Source of the DNA: an uncultured Verrucomicrobiota bacterium
Lineage (GTDB): Bacteria; Verrucomicrobiota; Verrucomicrobiia; Limisphaerales; UBA9464
Assembly (NCBI GenBank): GCA_964525755.1
Contig: CAZGIK010000021.1
Coordinates: forward strand, 10,088-74,087
Direction: 5' to 3'
Length of the DNA stretch: 64,000 nt
This document shows positions 21,382 through 28,965 of this stretch, piece after piece (within the stretch, counting starts at the first letter, position 1; every line of letters begins with the position of its first letter). The position numbers were made by a program, and so were the translations under genes. The notes under the pieces are model-generated. The model worked only from the letters and a program-made list of their open reading frames with translations. It had not been told where the DNA came from and searched no databases.

Positions 21382-22517
21382 CCGCGGAAGACGATGGCGG
21401 GTTCGAGCCGGGCCACCTTGCGGATGCCGAGCAGGGCGGCGAGGCCGCAGATGACCGCGATGGCGCCGCCGGTCTGGATCAGCGACTCGGCCCGGAGGAG
21501 GAACGGCGGCTGGCCGCCGGGCAGGACGAGGAAGCCGAAGAGCGCGGTCAGTCCGACCCCGATCCCGTAGCCGACGAAGCCCACGGTGAAGGCCTGCACC
21601 AGGAGCATCGCGGCGAGGGTTGCGTTCCCGGCCCCCATCGCCTTGAGGGCGCCGAGATGGCGCAGGTTCTCGAGGACGAACGAGTAGAAGGTCTGCCCGG
21701 CGATGGCCACGCCCACGATGAAACCGAGGATGATGGTCGTCATGAACGAGAACGGGATTCCGGTGTTCTTCCAGATGTAGTCGACGGTGACCCGGGTGAA
21801 CTCGGCGGTCGAGTAGGCCTTGAGGCCGGTCTCCCGGGCGATGCGGGCCGTGAGCTCGTCGACCGGCTGCCCGGGCTTGGGCTCGGCGAGGATCACCGAG
21901 AGCATCTTGCGCTGGCGGGGGGCGTACTGGAGTGCCTGGTCGTAGGTGGTGAAAACGTAGGGATACCCGAAGAAATGCCGCTCGGTCCGGCAGATGCCCA
22001 CCACCCGCGCCTCGCGGTCGTTGATCTCGAAGGTGTCGCCGATCCCGATCGGGGAGGGGCGCCCGGCCGAGAGCCGCTCCACGCCGAGTTCATCGAGGAA
22101 CACGGTGTTGGGCAGGCGCAGGTCGTCGAGCCGTCCGGCGAGGATCTCCGGGGGACGTCCGAAGAGCGTGGCGCCGTCGAGCCCGATCACCATGATCTGC
22201 TTGTCGGCACCGTCGGCCAGCTTCGCCTTGAGGATCCCCTGGAAGAGCGGCACCGCGAAATCCACCCCCGCCACGCTCCGGACGCGGTTCACGTCGGTGT
22301 CGCGCAGCGCCTTGGTCTCATTCGCGTAATCGACGTGGGCCTCGACCACCCAGATCGAGGCCCGCATGTTGCGCAGGTGGCTGGTGGTCCAGGAAAGCAG
22401 CCCCTGGAAGACGGCGTTCTGCTGGGTCATGAGGAGCGCGGCGAAGCTGAGTCCCCCGACCAGCATGAGGTACTTCCCCCGGTCCCCGGTGAGCATTCGC
22501 AGCGCAAGATGGAGCAT
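21378..22517 (-). CDS. ABC exporter permease, FtsX-like (DevC/MacB-type)
   Basis: C-terminal 379 aa of track ORF 21378..23939(-), from MLHLALRMLTGDRGKYLMLVGGLSF. It has a large periplasmic domain followed by the FtsX 3-helix bundle (LGALKAMGAGNATLAAMLLVQA). ATGA overlap with the ATPase gene. The rest of the track ORF is antisense to dapA. Confidence 0.88.
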   Translation of the reverse strand: MLHLALRMLTGDRGKYLMLVGGLSFAALLMTQQNAVFQGLLSWTTSHLRNMRASIWVVEAHVDYANETKALRDTDVNRVRSVAGVDFAVPLFQGILKAKLADGADKQIMVIGLDGATLFGRPPEILAGRLDDLRLPNTVFLDELGVERLSAGRPSPIGIGDTFEINDREARVVGICRTERHFFGYPYVFTTYDQALQYAPRQRKMLSVILAEPKPGQPVDELTARIARETGLKAYSTAEFTRVTVDYIWKNTGIPFSFMTTIILGFIVGVAIAGQTFYSFVLENLRHLGALKAMGAGNATLAAMLLVQAFTVGFVGYGIGVGLTALFGFLVLPGGQPPFLLRAESLIQTGGAIAVICGLAALLGIRKVARLEPAIVFRG

Positions 22518-22706
22518 GGTCGTGGGCGGGGCCTCCGCGGGTCCGTCGGCCGGAGGCGACGGGATGCCCCCCGAAGCCGGAAACGCGGGCGACGCTAGCC
22601 CGGTTCCCCGGGGAGTCAAACGGGCGCGGCCCGTGGGCGGCCGCCGCGGTGTTCCGACGGGAAAACCCTTCCCAAGCGGGGGCCGATCGGCACACTCCGG
22701 GGCCTT

Positions 22707-23597
22707 GTGAATCCCACGTTCACGGGCACCCATACGGCCATTGTCACCCCGTTCGACGACGCCGGCGCGATCGACGAGACGGCGCTCGGCCGGCTGATCC
22801 GACTCCAGGTCCGGGGCGGCGTCGACGGCATCGTGCCGGTCGGCACCACCGGTGAATCCCCGACCCTCGACTACGACGAGCACATCCGGGTGGTGGAACT
22901 GGCGGTGAAGTTTGCGGCGGGCCGGGTGCCGGTCCTGGCCGGGACCGGCGGCAATTCGACCGCCGAGGCCATCGAGCTGACCCGACGGGCCGAGAAGGCG
23001 GGGGCGGACGGCTCGCTCCAGGTGGCCCCGTACTACAACAAGCCGTCGGCGGAGGGGTTGTACCAGCACTTCGCGGCCGTCGCCCGGTCGACCCGCCTGC
23101 CGCTCGTCCTGTACAGCATCCCCGGCCGGTGCGGCATCGAGATCCCGGTCGACGTCGTCCGCCGCCTTGCGGCGGAGCATCGGACGGTGGTGGGGATCAA
23201 GGAGGCGGGGGGCAATCCGGACCGGGTGAGCCAGCTGCGGGCCGCCTGCGGGCCGCGGTTCACGATCCTCAGCGGGGACGACGCCCTCACCCTGCCGTTC
23301 ATGTCGGTGGGCGCCCACGGGGTGGTGAGCGTGGCGTCGAACGTGGATCCGAAGCGGGTCGCGGCCATGGTGCGCGCCTACGCCGCCGGCGACGTCCGCC
23401 GGGCGCTCCGGCTCCACGACCGGCTCCACCCGCTGTTCAAGGACCTCTTCGTCGAGACCAACCCCGTTCCGGTGAAGGCGGCCCTGGCGATGATGGGCCT
23501 GATGGGCGAGTCGGTCCGCCTGCCGCTCGCCCCGCTCCAGCCGTCGAGCCGCGAACGCCTGGAGGCGACGCTCCGGGCGCTGGGCTACCTGGGCTGA
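22707..23597 (+). CDS. dapA: 4-hydroxy-tetrahydrodipicolinate synthase
   Basis: GTG start. GTHTAIVTPFDDAGAIDETALGRLIRLQVRGGVDGIVPVGTTGESPTL...QVAPYYNKPS...GIKEA is the canonical DapA pattern, including the Schiff-base Lys context. Confidence 0.93.
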   Translation: MNPTFTGTHTAIVTPFDDAGAIDETALGRLIRLQVRGGVDGIVPVGTTGESPTLDYDEHIRVVELAVKFAAGRVPVLAGTGGNSTAEAIELTRRAEKAGADGSLQVAPYYNKPSAEGLYQHFAAVARSTRLPLVLYSIPGRCGIEIPVDVVRRLAAEHRTVVGIKEAGGNPDRVSQLRAACGPRFTILSGDDALTLPFMSVGAHGVVSVASNVDPKRVAAMVRAYAAGDVRRALRLHDRLHPLFKDLFVETNPVPVKAALAMMGLMGESVRLPLAPLQPSSRERLEATLRALGYLG

Positions 23598-24148
23598 GCC
23601 GGTTCGGGCGGCGGCCCGGCCGCCGCGGGTGCGCCGAGCAGCGGGGCCACCGCGCGTTCCAGTTCCGCGGCGGTCAACGCCCCCAGGTAGCGGGCCGCGA
23701 ACCGGCCGTCCCGCCCGATGACGAAGGTGGTGGGGATCGAGGCGATCCCGCCGAAACGTTCCTGGACCTCGGGACCGGCCATCAGCACCGGGTAGGTGAT
23801 CTTGTGGCGCTCGGCGAACCGGCGGACGGCGTCGGTTCCCCCGGCGTCCACCGACGCCCCCACCACCACCACCCCGTCGGCCTGCCGCCGCTGATGGAAC
23901 GCCTCGAGGTCGGGGATCTCCCGGACGCAGGGCGGGCACCAGGTGGCCCAGAAGTTCAGGACGACCACCTTGCCGGCGAACCGGTCCGAGCGGACCTCCC
24001 CGCCGTCCAGGTCGGCCATGACCCAGTCCGGGGCGGGATCCTTCGGCACCGGGACCGGCATGAACGATCCGCCCCCGGGTTTCATCAGCCAGAGCAGGAT
24101 CACCCCGATGGCCACCGGCAGGCCAAAGCTCACGACTTTCGGCGTCAT
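23585..24148 (-). CDS. TlpA/ResA-like thiol:disulfide oxidoreductase (membrane-anchored thioredoxin fold)
   Basis: C-terminal 187 aa of track ORF 23585..24496(-), from MTPKVVSFGLPVAIGVILLWL (anchor). It has the active site NFWATWCPPC. The 3' end overlaps the convergent dapA by 13 nt. Confidence 0.85.
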   Translation of the reverse strand: MTPKVVSFGLPVAIGVILLWLMKPGGGSFMPVPVPKDPAPDWVMADLDGGEVRSDRFAGKVVVLNFWATWCPPCVREIPDLEAFHQRRQADGVVVVGASVDAGGTDAVRRFAERHKITYPVLMAGPEVQERFGGIASIPTTFVIGRDGRFAARYLGALTAAELERAVAPLLGAPAAAGPPPEPAQPR

Positions 24149-24508
24149 GGCTCCGAGGCTAGATGACGGGCGGACCGGTTGCAGGAAAAAGTCCGGCCGG
24201 GTGGGCGACGGACCAGGGTCTTTTCCTGTGAAGAGGCAGGGATGCCACAACGACGAACTGGCAGTTGTTGGGCACCACCTACTCCCGCAGTTGCGTGGAC
24301 TTCTACCTTCCCAATGAGCGCCCAAGCGCCTGTGGTGTCTGGAACTGGATCCCAGGGCCCGCTCCATCCTCCGCAGCAGGGACCTGCCCGAAGAGTTCTC
24401 AAAGGCCCTCTCCCAGGTGCCCGGCGGAGTCCTGCCTGTTTCACTTCCGCAGTGTGACTCACTCTGCAGGGCCCTCGCGCGGCTGCCACCCCGCACCTTC
24501 CCGGGGAA
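24149..24508. other. 360-bp apparently non-coding, visibly lower-GC spacer containing a strong hairpin (24182..24228)
   Basis: No frame gives a protein-like translation. CAGGAAAA(24182-89) pairs with TTTTCCTG(24221-28), and an inner stem pairs GTCCG with CGGAC. The spacer lies between the tlpA-like start and the PPTase stop, both on the minus strand. Confidence 0.4.
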
Positions 24509-25291
24509 TCAGTCCCGGTCATCCGCGAGAGGCTCCCGTCCAACCCAGCCCTCGCCCTCGATGTCCTCAACTTCTGACCCCTCATAAGGAAAGAGCCTGG
24601 GGCGCCAGCCGGTCCCGCCCGCTGCCAGCGCCGCCGCCCAACCGTCGCCCAGCGGCAGGTCGACCAGCCCCCACCCGGAACCGTCCGGTGCCGTGAGTCG
24701 CCGGATCCCCCTGTCGGGGCTGGCATCGACCGGATGCCGGGCGAGTCCCCCGGCGATGCCGGTGCCCCGGGCCTTGAGCCATGCCTCCTTGCGGGTCCAG
24801 AGACGGAAGAACCGGCGGTCGAGGTCCGGTCCGCTGCACCCCTCCAGCGCCGCCGCCTCGGCGGGGGCGAACCAGCGCCGGGCCACCGGCAGGAGGTCGG
24901 CGGCCGGACGGATCGGCTCCAGGTCGATTCCCACCGGCCGGCCCCGGGAGATGGCGACGAGGACCCGGTCGCCGGCGTGGGCCACGTTGAACGTCCAGTC
25001 CCCGGGGACGGACGGATCGAGGGCGGGCTTGCCGTGGGGTCCGGGGCGGATGGGGAGCTCCGCGGCGGGGATCCCGGTCAACGCGGTGAGCCATGTCCGC
25101 AGGGCGCCGCGCGCGGTCTCGAAGCGGGCGCGGGCGCCGGGATGGACGATCCCGTCGGCCCGGCGCCGCTCGTCGCCGGTCAACCCCGCGCGTCCGGCCC
25201 GCACGGTGTCGGCGTCGACCGGGATGCAGCGCCATCCCACCACCGCGGGATCCGTCGGGAAGGGGAGCCGGTCGACGGGGACGGGGGTCAT
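24509..25291 (-). CDS. 4'-phosphopantetheinyl transferase, Sfp type
   Basis: C-terminal 260 aa of track ORF 24509..26827(-), from MTPVPVDRLPFP. It has the motifs FNVAHAGDRVLVAI, GRPVGIDLEPIR and FFRLWTRKEAWLKARG. Confidence 0.85.
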   Translation of the reverse strand: MTPVPVDRLPFPTDPAVVGWRCIPVDADTVRAGRAGLTGDERRRADGIVHPGARARFETARGALRTWLTALTGIPAAELPIRPGPHGKPALDPSVPGDWTFNVAHAGDRVLVAISRGRPVGIDLEPIRPAADLLPVARRWFAPAEAAALEGCSGPDLDRRFFRLWTRKEAWLKARGTGIAGGLARHPVDASPDRGIRRLTAPDGSGWGLVDLPLGDGWAAALAAGGTGWRPRLFPYEGSEVEDIEGEGWVGREPLADDRD

Positions 25292-26544
25292 CGGGCGTCC
25301 GATCCGAGGAGGAGCCCCGCCATGCACGCGGTGAGGTAGCAGGCGAGCAGTCCGCCCGTCATGGCCCGAAGGCCGAGGCGGGCGAGGTCGGAACGCCGTC
25401 CCGGGGCGAGGGCGCTGATCCCGCCGATCTGGATGGCGACGCTGGCCAGGTTGGCGAAGCCGCACAGGGCGTAGGTGGCGAGGATCCGGCTGCGCGGCTG
25501 GAGGGTGTCCTGCATTTCCGTGAGGGAGAGGTACCCGATGAACTCGTTGAGGAGGATCCGTTCGCCGAGGGCGGTGCCCACCGCCGGGCAGTCCTCCCAG
25601 GGGATCCCGATCAGCCAGGCGAAGGGGGCGTTCAGCCGGCCGAGGATGGCCTGGAGGGGCCGGTCGGTCTGCCATCCGACCAGGCCGACGATCCCGGCCA
25701 GGGCCCAGTTCGTGGCGGCGATCCCGGCGGTGAAGGCGATCAGCATGGCCAGCACGTTGAGCGAGAGACGGAGGCCGTCGGCCGCCCCGTGGCAGAGGGC
25801 GTCGAGGGGGTTGACGGTGTTCCGTTCCGTCGCGGCCACGCCGCCGGCCGCCGTGGGGCTGGTCTCGGTCTCGGGCACCAGGATCTTGGCCATCATCAGG
25901 CTGGCCGGGGCGCTGAGCACGGAGGCGGTCAGCAGGTGCCCGGCGTCGATCCCGAGGCCCACATAGGCCGCCAGCACCCCGCCGGCGATGGTTGCCATTC
26001 CCCCCACCATGAGGGCCATCAGCTCCGAGCGGGTCATGCCCTCGAGGTAGGGCCGGATCACCAACGGCGCCTCGGTCTGGCCCATGAAGACGTTCGCCGC
26101 CGCCGCCAGGGTCTCGCTCCCGCTGGTGCCGAGGATCCGTCGCATCCCCCACGCCATGCCCCGCACCACCGCCTGGAGGATTCCGAAGTGGTAGAGGAGG
26201 GCTGAAACCGACGAGACGAGGATGATGGTGCCGGTGATCGTGATCGCGAGGACCATCCCGTTCGCCGGCCCGAACTGTCCGGCGAGCAGGTCGTTCCGGG
26301 CGAGGGGGCCGAACACCAGCGTGGTGCCGTCGGTGGCGAAGCCGATGAAGCGGGTGACCGCCTGGTGGAAGCCGTCGAAGAGCCGTCGGCCGAGGCTCGA
26401 ACGGAGGAGGAACAGGCCGGCGGCCGCCTGCAGGGCGAGGCCCCAGGCGACGACCCGGAGGGGAAACCGTCGACGGTTCTCCGAGAACAGCCAGGCGAGG
26501 CCGATCAGGACGACGATGCCGAGGAGGCTGGCGGGGTTCCCCAT
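25288..26544 (-). CDS. NupC/CNT family nucleoside transporter
   Basis: Track ORF 25288..26763(-), start at MGNPASLLGIVVLIGLAWLFSENRR. It has conserved segments GTSGSETLAAAANVFMGQTEAPL and LNEFIGYLSL...ATYALCGFANLASV. The stop overlaps the PPTase ATG (ATGA). Confidence 0.9.
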   Translation of the reverse strand: MGNPASLLGIVVLIGLAWLFSENRRRFPLRVVAWGLALQAAAGLFLLRSSLGRRLFDGFHQAVTRFIGFATDGTTLVFGPLARNDLLAGQFGPANGMVLAITITGTIILVSSVSALLYHFGILQAVVRGMAWGMRRILGTSGSETLAAAANVFMGQTEAPLVIRPYLEGMTRSELMALMVGGMATIAGGVLAAYVGLGIDAGHLLTASVLSAPASLMMAKILVPETETSPTAAGGVAATERNTVNPLDALCHGAADGLRLSLNVLAMLIAFTAGIAATNWALAGIVGLVGWQTDRPLQAILGRLNAPFAWLIGIPWEDCPAVGTALGERILLNEFIGYLSLTEMQDTLQPRSRILATYALCGFANLASVAIQIGGISALAPGRRSDLARLGLRAMTGGLLACYLTACMAGLLLGSDAR

Positions 26545-26627
26545 GCCGGGCGGTGAGGGTGGCGGAGGGCGGCGGGGGGGGGCAAGCCCCGGAGTGTGGC
26601 GAACCCCGGCGGGCGCCACGCGGGCGT

Positions 26628-26719
26628 TCTCGTACTCGTTCTCGTCCTCGTACTCGGGTCCCGCGGCTTTCCCTGTCGAGTACGAGGACCGCCCCTGACG
26701 GGCTGAGTACGAGGACGAG
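26628..26719. repeat. Four-arm nested inverted repeat built from the motif CGAGTACGAG(GAC)
   Basis: The arms are A1 CTCGTACTCG (26629-38), A2 CTCGTCCTCGTACTCG (26641-56), B1 CGAGTACGAGGAC (26677-89) and B2 GAGTACGAGGACGAG (26705-19). A2 is perfectly complementary to B1 (13 bp) or to B2 (15 bp). A1 is complementary to either B arm (9-10 bp). The repeat lies in the nupC/thioesterase divergent intergenic region. Confidence 0.8.
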
Positions 26720-26789
26720 CTCCGGCGAACGCCATGCGGTTCCCCTCCGGGGCTCGACGGCACAAGGGAGGCCGGGGCAGGGTTCCGCG

Positions 26790-27230
26790 GTGGATCCCAT
26801 TCCCTTCCTGTACCCCCACCGGGTCACGTACGCCGAGTGTACGGTGGGCGATCACGTGTACTACGCCCGGTACCTCGACCTGTTCGAGGCGGCCCGGGGG
26901 GCGTTGTTCGCCGCGGTGGGGCAGCCGTTCCGTCGGATGCAGGACCAGGGGGTGATCTTTCCCGTGGTCGAGGCGGTGGTGCGGTACCGGTCGCCTGCCC
27001 GGTATGACGAAGTCCTGGGGATCGGGGTCACGGTGACCGAGGCCCGGCGGTTCCGGCTGTCGTTCGCCTACCGGGTGACCGGGCCCGACGGCGGGGTCCG
27101 GGTGGAGGGGGAGACCCGGCATGTCTGCACCGACCTGTCCGACCGTCCGATCCGGCTGCCGGCCCCCCTGGTGGACGCCCTGACGCCCCATCGGGTGGCG
27201 GCCGAAGCCGTTCCGGGCGCGGCCAAATAA
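26790..27230 (+). CDS. 4HBT/YbgC-like acyl-CoA thioesterase (hotdog fold)
   Basis: In-frame tail of track ORF 26553..27230(+), from GTG 26790: VDPIPFLYPHRVTYAECTVGDHVYYARYLDLFEAARGALF...GVIFPVVEAVVRYRSPARYDEVL. This has a YbgC/4HBT-like layout. The start is uncertain. Confidence 0.7.
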   Translation: MDPIPFLYPHRVTYAECTVGDHVYYARYLDLFEAARGALFAAVGQPFRRMQDQGVIFPVVEAVVRYRSPARYDEVLGIGVTVTEARRFRLSFAYRVTGPDGGVRVEGETRHVCTDLSDRPIRLPAPLVDALTPHRVAAEAVPGAAK

Positions 27231-27257
27231 GGGTTTGCCGGTAGGAGGCCCCCCCGT

Positions 27258-27485
27258 ATGCTGCCGCCGATGAAGATTCGGGCAAAGGCGGGCGCTCTCG
27301 GGGCCGTGTTGGTCCTGGCGTTGGCCGCCACCGGGTGCAGCGGGGTGAACGCCAACGGCAGCGTGTCCCCGGCCTCCTTCTTCCTCCCCGGGCTGATGCG
27401 GGTCCAGCCCCCCAAGCCCGCCCCGGCCGATGCCGACGCCCCGCGTCCGACCGAGCTGGCGTCCGTTCTTTCCCGGGAGCTCTGA
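27258..27485 (+). CDS. Small putative lipoprotein (75 aa)
   Basis: MLPPMKIRAKAGALGAVLVLALAATGCSG is a signal peptide with a lipobox-like ...AATG|C. The mature part is Pro/Ala-rich. It lies between the thioesterase and hpnH with 27- and 36-nt gaps. Confidence 0.5.
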   Translation: MLPPMKIRAKAGALGAVLVLALAATGCSGVNANGSVSPASFFLPGLMRVQPPKPAPADADAPRPTELASVLSREL

Positions 27486-27521
27486 CCTCCCGACCGTCTT
27501 GTTCCGACCGAGTTTCCCTCC

Positions 27522-28940
27522 ATGCGTTTCCCCCTCGCCCTGACCGTCAAGATCGCCCGGCACATCACGGCCCACCGGATGCGACGGAGTCCGAAGTTCG
27601 CCATGGTGCTGCAGCTGGAGCCGCTGCACACCTGCAACCTCACCTGCACCGGGTGCGGCCGGATCCGCGAGTACTCCACCAGCCTCAAGGACATGGTGCC
27701 GCTGGAGAACTGCCTGGCGGCGGCGGCCGAGTGCGATGCGCCGATGGTGTCCATCTGCGGTGGCGAACCGCTGATCTATCCCCACATCGAGCAGCTCGTC
27801 ACCGGGCTGCGCGCGCAGGGTCGGATCATCTACATCTGCACCAACGGGGTGTTCATGCGGAAGAAGATGCGGGAGTACCTCGCCGCCCATCCCGGGCCCC
27901 GTCGCGAGCCGATGCTCCGGCAGTTGCTGGACGAGGAGCTGATCACCGAGAAGGAGGCCGAGGCGATCCGATCGGCCGACGAGACCGCACGCGCCCGGGT
28001 GACCATCGCCCCGAGCAAGTGGATGTACTGGAACGTCCACGTGGACGGGCTCGAGTACACCCATGACCTCATCGTCGAGCGCGAGGGTGTGTTCAAGGAG
28101 TGCGTGGCCGCCATCCGGATGGCGAAGATCCTGGGCTACCAGGTCGCCACCAACACCACGGTGTACAAGGAGACCGACGTCGCCGAGATCGAGGAGATGT
28201 TCAAGTACCTCAGCTCGCTGGGGGTGGACGGGCACACGATCTCGCCCGGCTACGACTACGACGCCGCCAAGAAGGACATGGTGAAGCGGCTCGGGCGGGA
28301 TCCGAAGGAATTCTTCCTCACGCGCGATTTGACCCGGCAGAAGTTCCGCGACATCGAGCGCTGGGGCCGGCTGTTCACGATCTTCGGCACGCCGGTCTAC
28401 CAGGAGTTCCTGGCCGGCAAGCGTGAGCTCACCTGCACGGCGTGGGCGATTCCGACGTTCAACGTGCGGGGCTGGAAGGCGCCGTGCTACCTGATGACCG
28501 ACGGGCACTATCCGACGTATCAGGGGATGCTCTCCCAGGTGGAGTGGGACCGCTACGGGGTGGTGGACGGGGTGGCGCGGGATGCACGGTGTGAGAACTG
28601 CATGGTGCACTGCGGGTACGACCCGAGCGGGGCCCTGAGCACCAAGCCGCGGGACACGTGGATCAACCTCAAGTTCAACTTCAGCGCTCGCCCGGCCCGC
28701 TGGCCGTCGAGCCCGGAACTGGAGAAGGGGGCCTTCAACGGTTTCAGCATCGGCAAGGGCCACCTGGCCGAGGCCAAGGCGGCGGTGCAGCGGGAGATGT
28801 CGGGCGCCCGGTCGGTGTTCCAGCGGAACGGCGACCACGACCATGCGGCACCGCCGGCCGGCGGGTCGTCGGCACAGCGGGACGAGCTCCTGGCCCGCAT
28901 CCGGCCCGCCACGGCGCCGGCGCCGGAGCGTCCGGAATGA
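27522..28940 (+). CDS. hpnH: Adenosyl-hopene transferase-like radical SAM protein (HpnH family, DUF3463 C-domain)
   Basis: LQLEPLHTCNLTCTGCGRI (CxxxCxxC), SICGGEPL, GVDGHTISPGYDYD, VRGWKAPCYLM and CENCMVHCGYDPS are collinear with the proteobacterial HpnH I recall. It contains an extra ~42-aa segment after ICTN (see findings). Confidence 0.85.
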   Translation: MRFPLALTVKIARHITAHRMRRSPKFAMVLQLEPLHTCNLTCTGCGRIREYSTSLKDMVPLENCLAAAAECDAPMVSICGGEPLIYPHIEQLVTGLRAQGRIIYICTNGVFMRKKMREYLAAHPGPRREPMLRQLLDEELITEKEAEAIRSADETARARVTIAPSKWMYWNVHVDGLEYTHDLIVEREGVFKECVAAIRMAKILGYQVATNTTVYKETDVAEIEEMFKYLSSLGVDGHTISPGYDYDAAKKDMVKRLGRDPKEFFLTRDLTRQKFRDIERWGRLFTIFGTPVYQEFLAGKRELTCTAWAIPTFNVRGWKAPCYLMTDGHYPTYQGMLSQVEWDRYGVVDGVARDARCENCMVHCGYDPSGALSTKPRDTWINLKFNFSARPARWPSSPELEKGAFNGFSIGKGHLAEAKAAVQREMSGARSVFQRNGDHDHAAPPAGGSSAQRDELLARIRPATAPAPERPE

Positions 28941-28965
28941 CCGCGGGGCCCGCAGTCGCCCGGGG

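Noticed and set aside
22518-22706. Possible lysine riboswitch (L-box) in the 189-nt leader upstream of dapA.
   Set aside because: I could not recognise the conserved L-box core elements by eye, and the region is also the divergent promoter for the ABC permease operon. It was not excluded computationally. An Rfam scan would be decisive.
24180-24260. RNase P RNA-like motifs: AGGAAAAAGTCCGG (compare GAGGAAAGUCCGG) and GGCAGGGATGCC (compare GGCAGGGUGCC).
   Set aside because: The first motif is consumed by a local hairpin (CAGGAAAA/TTTTCCTG). I found no 3' P4 strand (ACAGAA..GGCUUA) on either strand. The available non-coding space and motif positions do not fit a 330-400-nt RNase P RNA. An Infernal scan would settle it.
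27258-27485. 75-aa ORF immediately upstream of two radical SAM genes, considered as a RiPP precursor peptide.
   Set aside because: The two radical SAM proteins match the hopanoid enzymes HpnH and HpnJ along their full length, not peptide-modifying rSAM/SPASM enzymes. The small ORF has a classical signal peptide plus lipobox rather than a leader/core organisation. I kept it as a putative lipoprotein.
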